From positions 32,001-96,000 of the IMG/VR virus record IMGVR_UViG_3300020042_011666: a DNA stretch of 64,000 bases; one strand, 5' to 3'. The notes below the pieces were generated by a model. It saw only the letters and a program-made list of their open reading frames with translations, did not search any database and was not told the DNA's origin. The position numbers and the translations under genes are program-made. Below, in pieces: positions 38,296-47,469 of the stretch. Position 1 is the first letter of the stretch. Every line of letters begins with the position of its first letter. The stretch is from a virus.

Positions 38296-38798
38296 TATTT
38301 TCTTTGTTTATCGTTTTGCCACTGGCCGTTATATAGCTGTTCTGATGCCACAGGTTCACATTCATGGAAATACACTTGTGCTACTCGAGCATCTTGTTCA
38401 ATGAATATAGTTTCAAGCACAACCATGTAAGTACCAATATTAGGTGTTACGAATCCGGGATCAAAAATGCTTGATGTAATAATAGCACCGTTTCTCATTA
38501 AAGATGAACGTTGACGAATTAAAGCAACTCGGTTTGATGGGATATTACATCCCTCATTCATAATTACATCATAAACACCAGCATATAACAACCAACCATC
38601 TCTCCAATCCATGTTTGATTTTTCAACAGGAGTATGAGTATTAAGTTCGGTTTTGTCAACTAAAACTTTACCAATTGAGCCTCCTACCTTATTAATTTCT
38701 TTAACAGATAAATCATAACCTACTTGAGCTGGTTTTCCTTTAGCATTATCTAAATTAAGTAAACCCTGCTCTAATAATTGTTCAGCATTTAAAATCAT
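38295..38798 (-). CDS. trimeric dUTPase/dCTP deaminase family protein
   Basis: GYDL, RSSLMRNG, DPGF, RVAQ and YNGQWQ motifs. Confidence 0.8.
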   Translation of the reverse strand: MILNAEQLLEQGLLNLDNAKGKPAQVGYDLSVKEINKVGGSIGKVLVDKTELNTHTPVEKSNMDWRDGWLLYAGVYDVIMNEGCNIPSNRVALIRQRSSLMRNGAIITSSIFDPGFVTPNIGTYMVVLETIFIEQDARVAQVYFHECEPVASEQLYNGQWQNDKQRK

Positions 38799-39493
38799 AT
38801 CCTGTGTCCTCCGTTGTTAATTTTTAAGCTGTCAAAGAATTCTTTGCGTGCTTGATTTTCGTTATCCATAAACACACCTGATGCTTTGGTAGTAACCATA
38901 GATGCTCCTTGATGTTTTACACCCCTACAAGAAACACAGTTGTGGGTTGCAACTATAGTTACAATAACACCTCTGTTATGTTCACAAATTTTATCTACTG
39001 CCTGATGGATAGCGGATGTTAATTGTTCTTGAATAGCACCTCTACGTCCAAAATGTTCTATAATACGATTTAATTTAGATAAACCAATTACTGAGCCATT
39101 TTCACCTACAATGTAACCAACATGAACTACACCTCCAATTGTTTGGTGGTGATGAGAACACATTGAAGTAAGTGGAATGTTACGTTCAATAACAATTCCA
39201 TCATATCCGTCACTTGGAAATGAGGTAATTTCACTCATAGCCTCGTAACGACCTTTCCACAAATCAAATACATAAGCTTTAGCTACACGACGCGGTGTAT
39301 CCGAACTATTAGGATCATTTTTCCAATCACATCCTAAAGCATCTAAAAATTTACCATAAGCTTCAGCAGCCTCATCTACCATTGACCATTTTTCCTTTTC
39401 GGTAAATGGGAAACCAGGAGCGATACCATTTGCATAACCAGTTTTTACACACTCTAAATCGAGTGTAAATGTTTTTTTATTATCTTCTACCAT
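38795..39493 (-). CDS. folE: GTP cyclohydrolase I
   Basis: TPRRVAK, SMCSHH, GLSKLNR, QEQLT, HNCVSCRG. Confidence 0.95.
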   Translation of the reverse strand: MVEDNKKTFTLDLECVKTGYANGIAPGFPFTEKEKWSMVDEAAEAYGKFLDALGCDWKNDPNSSDTPRRVAKAYVFDLWKGRYEAMSEITSFPSDGYDGIVIERNIPLTSMCSHHHQTIGGVVHVGYIVGENGSVIGLSKLNRIIEHFGRRGAIQEQLTSAIHQAVDKICEHNRGVIVTIVATHNCVSCRGVKHQGASMVTTKASGVFMDNENQARKEFFDSLKINNGGHRI

Positions 39494-39499
39494 ATTAAC

Positions 39500-40018
39500 T
39501 TATTTTACAAAAACGTAGGGTATGTTACGATATAAACCATTATCGTCCATCCCATATCCACATAACCAATTATTATCCTCAATATACAAAGAAGAATATA
39601 GTTTTCCAAATCTATTTTCAAACTTAATACCCTCTCTTGTAAACAAAGTTACAATGTTTATACTTAAAGGTTTTTTAGCTAGAAAATGATTCAATAAAAA
39701 TTTCATAGTATTTCCTGAATCTAGTATATCATCAATCAGGAATATATTTTTTTCCTCAACATCTAATTCGATGTCTTTAGTTACAACGGGTTTAACTTGT
39801 GATTGGTTAGTAACATAAGATTTAGTTCTAACAAAATCACATTCAATAGGAAAACTAATTTGTTTAACTAAATCAGTATAAAACATAAAACCACCGGTTA
39901 ATACACCTACAAACACATTATTTTCGCCCCAATATTCGGTGGTTGTGTTTAGCTCAAAAGCAACTGTTTTTACAGCATCTTGAATTTGTTGTTCATTAAA
40001 TAAAATTTTCGTATTCAT
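39500..40018 (-). CDS. hpt: hypoxanthine/guanine phosphoribosyltransferase-like protein
   Basis: VLTGGFMF, KSY, LIDDILDSGNT PRPP motif, GYGMD. Confidence 0.85.
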   Translation of the reverse strand: MNTKILFNEQQIQDAVKTVAFELNTTTEYWGENNVFVGVLTGGFMFYTDLVKQISFPIECDFVRTKSYVTNQSQVKPVVTKDIELDVEEKNIFLIDDILDSGNTMKFLLNHFLAKKPLSINIVTLFTREGIKFENRFGKLYSSLYIEDNNWLCGYGMDDNGLYRNIPYVFVK

Positions 40019-40289
40019 TAATTAATTTACTAAAACCTGTATATTTTTTTATAACTTTTCCGTTTTTAATTTCTAAAACTGTTGGATAATATTCTATACC
40101 CATTTCCTCATTTAAATAAGGATCTTCATTACTAATATTATATAATGGAGCTTTTGAATCAGCAAATGCTTTTTCTAAAACAGGGGTAATTGTAGCACAA
40201 TGTCTACAAGTGTCTGAGGAGAAAAAAACATAAAAATGGTTTTCAAAGATAAGATAAGAATCAAACTGTTCTGAGGTAATGTGTTTCAT
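39996..40289 (-). CDS. thioredoxin-like protein
   Basis: CRHC and YYPT motifs. Confidence 0.75.
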   Translation of the reverse strand: MKHITSEQFDSYLIFENHFYVFFSSDTCRHCATITPVLEKAFADSKAPLYNISNEDPYLNEEMGIEYYPTVLEIKNGKVIKKYTGFSKLINEYENFI

Positions 40290-40301
40290 ATTGTATAAAT
40301 A

Positions 40302-40505
40302 TCACTTTTTAATTTGTTGCTTTAATTTTTCAGCATACACGATACCATCCATTAGTTCCTCTTGGAAATGGTTTAACCAATCCCAAAATTCTAAGTCATT
40401 ACGGTCCATAGTTACACCGTATTTTTCTTTTCCCATTTTTGCTCTGTTAGCAAATTTGTCAATAACCGCTTGTACAACCAAATCTGGTTGAAAGTTTTCG
40501 CTCAT
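40302..40505 (-). CDS. small MazG-like all-alpha protein
   Basis: KYG...WLNHFQEELMDGIVY (EExxD). Confidence 0.5.
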   Translation of the reverse strand: MSENFQPDLVVQAVIDKFANRAKMGKEKYGVTMDRNDLEFWDWLNHFQEELMDGIVYAEKLKQQIKK

Positions 40506-40508
40506 AAA

Positions 40509-41081
40509 TTATTTAATTAAATATTTTGTATAATCGCTTTGTGTAGGTACAATATTAGGGAAATAATATACTTCTTTTTTAGCACCAATCCAAATAGTTT
40601 TATAAAAACCATCTGGTATAGTTGCACCTGTAGGTAGTTTTTGTGAACGAGGAGAATAAACCATCCTAATTTCAACTTTAACGGTTGCTGTTTTAGCTAA
40701 ATCTCGCTCGTGTATTTCTAGTATTCTCCAAACACCTCTATTTAATTTTTCGTGTTGCAAAACACAATTTACATAAGAGAATGTTTTATATAACATTTCC
40801 TTAGTACAATTAAAATCAGCAGCAGGGGCACAATGTCCTTTATCCCAAACATTAGCAACATAATCGTTAGCATCAGATGTAATAACACCAGGGAAAGAAT
40901 AAAAATCCATTCCTGTACGAGGAGCAGTACCTGTAGGACACAAAACAGTATACCATACTCGTTTAGGTTGTTGTAAGATTTCTGAGTAGACTGCTTCGTA
41001 AATGTCTGTTTTAACATAAACTGAATCGCGTTGAGCGAATAGAGATAATGGGAGTAAAAATAGTAATAATATAGAACGCAT
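40509..41081 (-). CDS. secreted DNA/RNA non-specific endonuclease
   Basis: Signal A|Q; DKGHCAPAAD, LNRGVW and IPDGFYK motifs. Confidence 0.85.
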   Translation of the reverse strand: MRSILLLFLLPLSLFAQRDSVYVKTDIYEAVYSEILQQPKRVWYTVLCPTGTAPRTGMDFYSFPGVITSDANDYVANVWDKGHCAPAADFNCTKEMLYKTFSYVNCVLQHEKLNRGVWRILEIHERDLAKTATVKVEIRMVYSPRSQKLPTGATIPDGFYKTIWIGAKKEVYYFPNIVPTQSDYTKYLIK

Positions 41082-41096
41082 ATTAATAAATATTAA

Positions 41097-41393
41097 TTAT
41101 TTGGTTCTTGATTTTTCCATATGCTCCCAAAGTGATTCGTGACTGTAGCAGATTGGATTCTTATTTTCATCCCAAGCTCCTACTTCTTTGCTTCCAAAGT
41201 CTCTTTCATAACAGTACCAAGAAAACCAGTCATAACCTTCTTCCCCGTAGATTTCTTTTAGCAGTTCTCCGATAATAACACCGTAAGGATCAGTCCAATC
41301 TATCAAATCTATTTTCAAATCATAGAGAGCAGATACTGCTTTGTCTTGCTTTTCTATAGCTGTAATTACTTTTAAAAAATTTTCGTATGTCAT
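41097..41393 (-). CDS. hypothetical protein
   Basis: 98 aa, DWFSWYCYERDFG. Confidence 0.6.
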   Translation of the reverse strand: MTYENFLKVITAIEKQDKAVSALYDLKIDLIDWTDPYGVIIGELLKEIYGEEGYDWFSWYCYERDFGSKEVGAWDENKNPICYSHESLWEHMEKSRTK

Positions 41394-41395
41394 AA

Positions 41396-41638
41396 TTAGT
41401 TACTAGTAAGTCTATTAATTTCTTTTAAGTAATCTCTAATTTCAGCAGCATTCTCGTAATCTTCTACTTCAGGTAAGATTGCATACTCCATCATACCGTG
41501 GAGTAATGCTTTAAAGTCTCCTTTGTGCTTTGAATCTAAATGATTCTGTAGCCAGATTTTTTGTTCAAATGGAATGTTTGAATTGTAAATTTCCGGATGC
41601 ATTTTATCCTTGTATAGAAGTCGAGTGCTGTAGTCCAT
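41396..41638 (-). CDS. hypothetical protein with UVR motif
   Basis: EDYENAAEIRD. Confidence 0.55.
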   Translation of the reverse strand: MDYSTRLLYKDKMHPEIYNSNIPFEQKIWLQNHLDSKHKGDFKALLHGMMEYAILPEVEDYENAAEIRDYLKEINRLTSN

Positions 41639-42429
41639 TAAACAGCTCTCTTAGTATCGTAACTAATAATGTGGTCTCTGCCGGTCCAATTGTAACCTAC
41701 CTTCATAGCTATTTCAATAGATTTTGGATATATTTCAATTAATGTTTCTCTAGTATCCCCAGCAGGCATCAACCAAGTTTTATTCTTAGGAATATTCATT
41801 TCCTGTCTGAATATTTCAATTTCACCTAAACACTCTATTGTACCATCCCAAACTGGTTTGTAATGATAATCAGTATGATAATCTAAAGTTTTACGAATTG
41901 CATCATAATTTAAACGTAGTTTGTTGTGTTGATCAATCATTTTTTGATCAACGAGTTTACCCATTGGAGTGGTAACGTTAAGAGCAGGAACAGAATTACT
42001 AAACTTTGGAGATAAAGATACCAACCCAAACGGATAATCGGTTTCAACATAGTGGCTACCTTCTGTTTCAATGGTTATACATATACCACGTTCGTGAGCA
42101 AAATGAGTAAGTTCATTACAAAGGTCGGGTTGCATTGTTGGTGAACCTCCAGTTAACATCATTTCTGTGATTCCAGGATCTTGATCATAAATCTTAACAA
42201 TGTCATTAAACGTATAGATACCTTTTTCTGGATGGATACTTGTGTACCAAGAATCACACCATCCACCTTCACCAAACCAGCATCTGTGAGTACAGCCTGT
42301 TGTTCTAATTGCTATTGTAGGACGTCCTTGTCTTGAACCTTCTGATTGTATACAACGGTAAATCTCAAGTACAGGTAATTTTTTGTTATAGTCGAGAATA
42401 CGACCTGGTTTTTTATATTCTTTTTCCAT
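41638..42429 (-). CDS. queE: 7-carboxy-7-deazaguanine synthase (radical SAM)
   Basis: IQSEG, RTTGCTHRC...WCDS, LTGGSP, IETEG and SPK motifs. Confidence 0.9.
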   Translation of the reverse strand: MEKEYKKPGRILDYNKKLPVLEIYRCIQSEGSRQGRPTIAIRTTGCTHRCWFGEGGWCDSWYTSIHPEKGIYTFNDIVKIYDQDPGITEMMLTGGSPTMQPDLCNELTHFAHERGICITIETEGSHYVETDYPFGLVSLSPKFSNSVPALNVTTPMGKLVDQKMIDQHNKLRLNYDAIRKTLDYHTDYHYKPVWDGTIECLGEIEIFRQEMNIPKNKTWLMPAGDTRETLIEIYPKSIEIAMKVGYNWTGRDHIISYDTKRAV

Positions 42430-42431
42430 TA

Positions 42432-42896
42432 TTATCCTTTGTAAAGGGCACTATTTTTTCCATGTTCCATAAACTCAACTTGAGCTACTCTAACGCGCCC
42501 ATTAGTTTCTTCGTTAATAAAAACATTAAGTTTTTCATATACAAATTTAGCAAATTGCTCAGCACCAACGGCTGGTATTACTCGTACCTGAGCTAGTCCA
42601 TGATCGCCCATAGCTTTCCATCCAGCTAGGTATGGGTCATCTTCAGCCACAATTAAAGTGTGGTCAAACATATAGTCCATCCATTCTTTAGGGTTCATAT
42701 CATCGATAGTTCCTTTAGCGCGTTTCATGCCTCCAAAATCCCAAACCCAATTACGTTCATCAAGTTCACCTTCGAACCATACTTTAAAACTTACTCCATA
42801 GCCATGAAGGAATCTACAATGTGTACCTTCTGCTTTCCATTGACGAAATACGCAACTAAATCCGTCAAAAACTTTTGTTGATATATGTTTACTCAT
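42432..42896 (-). CDS. queD: 6-carboxytetrahydropterin synthase
   Basis: CRFLHGY, WDFG, FDH and GAEQFA motifs. Confidence 0.88.
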   Translation of the reverse strand: MSKHISTKVFDGFSCVFRQWKAEGTHCRFLHGYGVSFKVWFEGELDERNWVWDFGGMKRAKGTIDDMNPKEWMDYMFDHTLIVAEDDPYLAGWKAMGDHGLAQVRVIPAVGAEQFAKFVYEKLNVFINEETNGRVRVAQVEFMEHGKNSALYKG

Positions 42897-42897
42897 A

Positions 42898-43140
42898 TTA
42901 TTTATAAAAATTTATAATCTCATTTAATGATTTAACTCCTGTAAATCTACGAACTTCTTTTCCGTTCTCCACAAGAATTACTGTAGGAACACTTCTTATT
43001 TCAAAATCTGTTGTATACTGTTTTTGAGTATCAACATCTACTTTTATTACTGGTACTTGTTTACCTACTTGTTCCATGATGGGGGATAGGGTTTTGCATG
43101 GTTGACACCAGGCTGCGGAGAAATATATTAAGCTTTTCAT
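42898..43140 (-). CDS. thioredoxin
   Basis: WCQPC and SVPT motifs. Confidence 0.9.
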   Translation of the reverse strand: MKSLIYFSAAWCQPCKTLSPIMEQVGKQVPVIKVDVDTQKQYTTDFEIRSVPTVILVENGKEVRRFTGVKSLNEIINFYK

Positions 43141-43292
43141 ACTAGTTCCTCATAAATACCAATAGTCTCACTAAAGATTAAAGTAATAGCTGCTACCTCA
43201 ATATCAAAAAATAAAAAAGCATATCCTAAGATACGAATAGCGGATTTAATAAAACTAATTTGTTGGTGTTTTTTAGGATTAGGATGGTTCAT
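43137..43292 (-). CDS. small membrane protein (not in ORF track)
   Basis: 51 aa MNHPNPKKHQQISFIKSAIRILGY...EELV with ATGA overlaps. Confidence 0.6.
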   Translation of the reverse strand: MNHPNPKKHQQISFIKSAIRILGYAFLFFDIEVAAITLIFSETIGIYEELV

Positions 43293-43483
43293 AGTTCTAT
43301 AATTTCAGTTTTAGGGTAATGTTCTAAGATTCGTGATGTATGTTCTTTATATAAAACCTTAGCTTCTTTCCAATTGTGTGACCAAAATAGGGAACCATAC
43401 ATCATTCCGATGTATGCTTCCCCTTCTTGGTTCACAATAATATATTCTTTACGTTCAAATGTTGGTCGTTTTGGCGTCCTCAT
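43289..43483 (-). CDS. hypothetical protein
   Basis: 64-aa ORF. Confidence 0.5.
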   Translation of the reverse strand: MRTPKRPTFERKEYIIVNQEGEAYIGMMYGSLFWSHNWKEAKVLYKEHTSRILEHYPKTEIIEL

Positions 43484-44327
43484 AATTTTCTAAAACCGAA
43501 GATACGAACTCTTTTACATATTCCCAAGTTACAGGGCCAAATTCATCAGCATATTGAACTGGATCTTTTCTTCCCAATTTAATAAATGCCTCTACTCGCT
43601 CAACACTTGATGCTGATTTGTAATCTGAAAACCATTCTTCTGATGGGTTGCCATAGCTGTCAAAAACAACATGAACCATAGGCTTATATGATGTGTTTGT
43701 TTTAGCGTATACCTTATCAAAATTTAAGTGAAGATAAGTACAGCACTTTTCACCATCTTTTAAAATACCAGCCTTATCATCACTAAGATAAGGAGTATAA
43801 TACTGGACACGATCAGCACCCCAGTTACCAGCACAAAAAGCAGCGTAATCAATATCTCGAAACTCCTGGCGGCAGTCCGGATAAATTGCATGATCCCCTG
43901 CATGGATACCCATTGCGATTTTAACTTCTGTATTTTTTTCATCTGCGATACTTAATGCTACTGCTTGAATAATTGAACTAAATATTTTATTACGATTAGG
44001 GACAACTGTTGCTTTCATATTATTTTCAGCATAGTGTCCTTCAGGAACATCATCTCCACCTTTTACTAAGGCTGAATTAAGTAATTTGTCTAACCCTTTT
44101 AATGTAATTGTTTGATGTTTTACTTTAGCATAGTATTGTTCATCCTCATAACGAGAATGGTTGTTTAAATACTTTACTAATTCTTTAGCACGTTCTAATT
44201 CAATGTTGTGTTTTTGACCGTAATCAAAGGATAGTGCTGTAACTTCGTAGCCATCGGCAAGTAGACGTAGTAACAGTGTCGAGGAATCCATTCCCCCAGA
44301 TAAGCTAAGCACTGCTTGTTTATTCAT
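43455..44327 (-). CDS. queC: 7-cyano-7-deazaguanine synthase
   Basis: SGGMDS, FDYGQKH, VPNRN and YPDCR motifs. Confidence 0.93.
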   Translation of the reverse strand: MNKQAVLSLSGGMDSSTLLLRLLADGYEVTALSFDYGQKHNIELERAKELVKYLNNHSRYEDEQYYAKVKHQTITLKGLDKLLNSALVKGGDDVPEGHYAENNMKATVVPNRNKIFSSIIQAVALSIADEKNTEVKIAMGIHAGDHAIYPDCRQEFRDIDYAAFCAGNWGADRVQYYTPYLSDDKAGILKDGEKCCTYLHLNFDKVYAKTNTSYKPMVHVVFDSYGNPSEEWFSDYKSASSVERVEAFIKLGRKDPVQYADEFGPVTWEYVKEFVSSVLENYEDAKTTNI

Positions 44328-44461
44328 AGTTTTGTTTTGTTTGCTAATTTACGTAATTTTTCTAAATTATTCAAGTTCATTCGAAAACGATTTTCCCAAA
44401 TAGCATCTAGTACTTTTTTAATTTCCGCCTCCCAAGCGGGATTAATATCTATTTTTTCCAT
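44324..44461 (-). CDS. small hypothetical protein (not in ORF track)
   Basis: 45 aa MEKIDINPAWEAEIKK... Confidence 0.45.
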   Translation of the reverse strand: MEKIDINPAWEAEIKKVLDAIWENRFRMNLNNLEKLRKLANKTKL

Positions 44462-44464
44462 AAT

Positions 44465-44707
44465 TTAAAAAGGTAAGTCGTCTGGTTCATTGTAAAGGAT
44501 TTCTGTAGAAGATGTTGTTCCCTTATTAAAATAATCATCTAGCCAACTTTCAGGATACATCTGGATTGGTCCAGAGTATATAGAGTTACTTACTTCTTTG
44601 GTTTTAATTGGAATTTCGTCATGTTGAGCTGCTGTGCTTACTTGCATTCCTAATTCTCTACCTGCTGGTTTCTTTAGGTAGTCGTAAAGTGATAGAAATT
44701 TTTCCAT
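44465..44707 (-). CDS. hypothetical protein
   Basis: SLYDYLKKPAG...DDLPF; start placed after the promoter motif. Confidence 0.65.
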   Translation of the reverse strand: MEKFLSLYDYLKKPAGRELGMQVSTAAQHDEIPIKTKEVSNSIYSGPIQMYPESWLDDYFNKGTTSSTEILYNEPDDLPF

Positions 44708-44713
44708 AACTAT

Positions 44714-44743
44714 AACATACAAAAGATTTTTTAATCCTCCAAC
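44714..44743 (-). promoter_or_regulatory. class-1 promoter motif
   Basis: GTTGG-N18-GTATGTT. Confidence 0.65.
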
Positions 44744-45541
44744 TTAAAATTTATTAAGTTTATTAAAATATTCTAGGTTATATGTTAATAATTGGTAATC
44801 GATTTTTTCGGGTTCAATGTACATTACATCATCAATTCGAGTTTTAGGTTTAGTAATCAAACCATATTCTTTGTATTTAGTACCCTCAATAGTTGCAATG
44901 ATAGGATTTGAGGTATCAATTGTATCTACAAATGTAAATCCTTGATAGTATAAAAATTCTTGAGGTAAGCAACATCCTAATAAGTGGATCTTATCACCTT
45001 GAGAAATTATTTTTACATTGTGGAAATGAGTAATAATAGAAATTCTACCTAACATTTTAGCCATATCTACATTAGGGTGTTTTACGTACTTAGCATAAAA
45101 CGTTAATCCATATGGAAATGCAATCTTTTTATATCCTGAGAGTTTGTATGATTCATAACAACGGATTAAATCGTGCAATCCTAAACCTTGAACAACTGCT
45201 ACTCTCATTACCTCCTCAGGCCAATCTTTCATATGAATCCATTTTTCGGCATTAGCAATAGATAAATTAGCATTTTCCCAAACATCAGGAACAATAAATT
45301 CATTGGGTTTAAGTTCATTAATCCAATATATTAATCTTTCCCAATCATATGCCTCACCTAATTCATGGAGCGAGTTGTCCATAATAATGTAACGGCCTTC
45401 TTCTTTAGCACGACGGAAGTAATTCTCATACTCCGGTTCCTTGTCTAATAAATGAGGCAAACAGTAATCATAATCATTAAACTGCTTACTATCTTCGAGC
45501 AAGCATAATGGGGTTTCGTGTGATTTCTTAATAAACGACAT
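44744..45541 (-). CDS. TGT-fold base-exchange protein (DpdA-like)
   Basis: IMDNS, VPDV, AVVQG, IHLLG and IDTS motifs in TGT order; near queC. Confidence 0.7.
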   Translation of the reverse strand: MSFIKKSHETPLCLLEDSKQFNDYDYCLPHLLDKEPEYENYFRRAKEEGRYIIMDNSLHELGEAYDWERLIYWINELKPNEFIVPDVWENANLSIANAEKWIHMKDWPEEVMRVAVVQGLGLHDLIRCYESYKLSGYKKIAFPYGLTFYAKYVKHPNVDMAKMLGRISIITHFHNVKIISQGDKIHLLGCCLPQEFLYYQGFTFVDTIDTSNPIIATIEGTKYKEYGLITKPKTRIDDVMYIEPEKIDYQLLTYNLEYFNKLNKF

Positions 45542-45556
45542 ATTATCTTCTACATA

Positions 45557-45590
45557 AATATACAAAAGAGGGCTTGTAAAACCAAGCCCT
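45557..45590 (-). terminator. intrinsic terminator overlapping class-1 promoter
   Basis: AGGGCTTG-GTTTTA-CAAGCCCT-CTTTT containing CTTGG-N18-GTATATT. Confidence 0.7.
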
Positions 45591-45610
45591 TCTTTTATTT
45601 TTTGATTAAT

Positions 45611-47464
45611 TTAAATTATTTCGCACGCACCTCCGGCACAAGCTGCTTGGTCCATCAATGCTGTATTGTCACTAATTTCAACTACTTTTGACAAGTCTAA
45701 CAAATGAAGTGGTTTAATAGCCTCGTTAAATTGTTCTTCAGTAATGGTTTCGAAAGGAGCTTGAACATAAGTACCTAAGTCCTCAGGTAAGAATGATAAT
45801 GCTGTAAAGTATTCTTTATTGTCATATAGCCAATCTCCAACCCCAGCCCATTCATCTTTTTTAATAGTTACTGTAGCTGATACATTATGCATGTTATTTC
45901 CTTTTCTATGGCCTGGTTTAATCCAATTTTTATTAATTGTTTTAATACGCTCTAATAAATCCATAGCTGATTCACTACGCGTAATTGAACCTTCTGGAGA
46001 ACGCTGAGGAATAGATAATACTGATTGTAATGTAGGTTTAAATACATCATCCTCTAGCATTTCAGGGTGGTAAACAGATAAGTATGAGTATAACGCCTCA
46101 TTTTTGCCTAAACGGATTCGACGCATGTAAAAATCATCGTGCCAAGCATGGATACCTGAGCTAGTACCTAGTACTAATGATGTAGTACCTGAAGGTTTAA
46201 CTGTAGTTACACGAGCTGCTTTGTTAATACCTAAAATAGCTGCTACTCTTTCATTTTCATCACAAGCGGCTTTAGCTGCTTCTTTCATATTTAATTTAAA
46301 TACAGCACCTGAGGCAATACCTGTCATTCCAATACCTAATAATGCTTCTTTTTCGGTTGTTTTTTTCCAAATATCTCTTAAGTAATGGAAATCAGTATAA
46401 GAGGCTTGTAGTGTACCAATAAAAGCTGCTGCTTTAGATCGTGCATTGTATTCCTCTTGTGTTTCAATGTCTGAAGCATTAATTTCACATAGGTTACAGA
46501 ATTGATTAGCTTTTAAATTAATTTCAGCACAAGGGTTTGTTCCAGCATCTTTATCGTTTGTAAACAAGAAACCAGGTTCACCACTATTAGAGGCCTCAAT
46601 TTTTTTCCACAGTCCGAAGAATGTGTCTTTATCAATTTTGTTACGAAGCAACACTGCTGAGTTATTAGAACGACCACGTTGTGGGTTATGTTCCCACCAG
46701 TTGCCAAATTTGCAAGTTAGCATATCCTCATCGTGTAAATTAAACAATGCGATCAAAGCCGCCCTACGAATACCTCCGGACAACACAGCATCAGCTAAGT
46801 GACAAATAATGTCGTGACATTCTAAAGTTGTTAATCTTTCACCATCGTTTTTACGGTCTAAAATCGCTTGCATATGTACTAAAGCAATTTTCAATGGCTC
46901 AGGACCTGGTGCTTTACCTCCAACTGTAATTAATGATGCACCTTTAGGGCGGATATCACGGAAGTCAAATAATGGGGCGGTTGTGGTGTAACCAAAATAA
47001 GCTTTAGTTAACATACGAACAGCATCAGCCCATCCTTCAATAGAATCACCTACTAAATAACGCTTTGATTTTAAAGGTTTTCTAATTTCGGGTAATTGCT
47101 CAACGTGGTGAGTTTGTACTGAGTATCCTACTCCACAACCTGAAAGCAATAGGAACATAATTTCAGAGAATGCCCTGTGGTCATCAATTGGTAAGTAAGA
47201 GCAGTTAAAGATACGAGAGTTGTTAATGGAAATAGGTTTACCTGCAAATTGCATTGAGCGCATTGAAGGTAATACTTTTTTCTCATATACATACTTGTAT
47301 GCAGCTTCAATTTCTTCAGCTAAATTTGGAAATTTATCCAAATGCATTGTTTTATTGCGTGTAACGAGTTCTTCCCATGTTTCACGTCGATTTTTTTCAG
47401 GGACGTATTTGGCGTATTTAAGGTACACGGTTACATCCGACAAGATATTTTGTTCGATATTCAT
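45611..47464 (-). CDS. nrdJ: class II (B12-dependent) ribonucleotide reductase
   Basis: LPSMR, FNC, TNPCAEI, VKPSGT and C-terminal CAGGAC motifs; no beta subunit in window. Confidence 0.9.
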   Translation of the reverse strand: MNIEQNILSDVTVYLKYAKYVPEKNRRETWEELVTRNKTMHLDKFPNLAEEIEAAYKYVYEKKVLPSMRSMQFAGKPISINNSRIFNCSYLPIDDHRAFSEIMFLLLSGCGVGYSVQTHHVEQLPEIRKPLKSKRYLVGDSIEGWADAVRMLTKAYFGYTTTAPLFDFRDIRPKGASLITVGGKAPGPEPLKIALVHMQAILDRKNDGERLTTLECHDIICHLADAVLSGGIRRAALIALFNLHDEDMLTCKFGNWWEHNPQRGRSNNSAVLLRNKIDKDTFFGLWKKIEASNSGEPGFLFTNDKDAGTNPCAEINLKANQFCNLCEINASDIETQEEYNARSKAAAFIGTLQASYTDFHYLRDIWKKTTEKEALLGIGMTGIASGAVFKLNMKEAAKAACDENERVAAILGINKAARVTTVKPSGTTSLVLGTSSGIHAWHDDFYMRRIRLGKNEALYSYLSVYHPEMLEDDVFKPTLQSVLSIPQRSPEGSITRSESAMDLLERIKTINKNWIKPGHRKGNNMHNVSATVTIKKDEWAGVGDWLYDNKEYFTALSFLPEDLGTYVQAPFETITEEQFNEAIKPLHLLDLSKVVEISDNTALMDQAACAGGACEII

Positions 47465-47469
47465 AGTTT

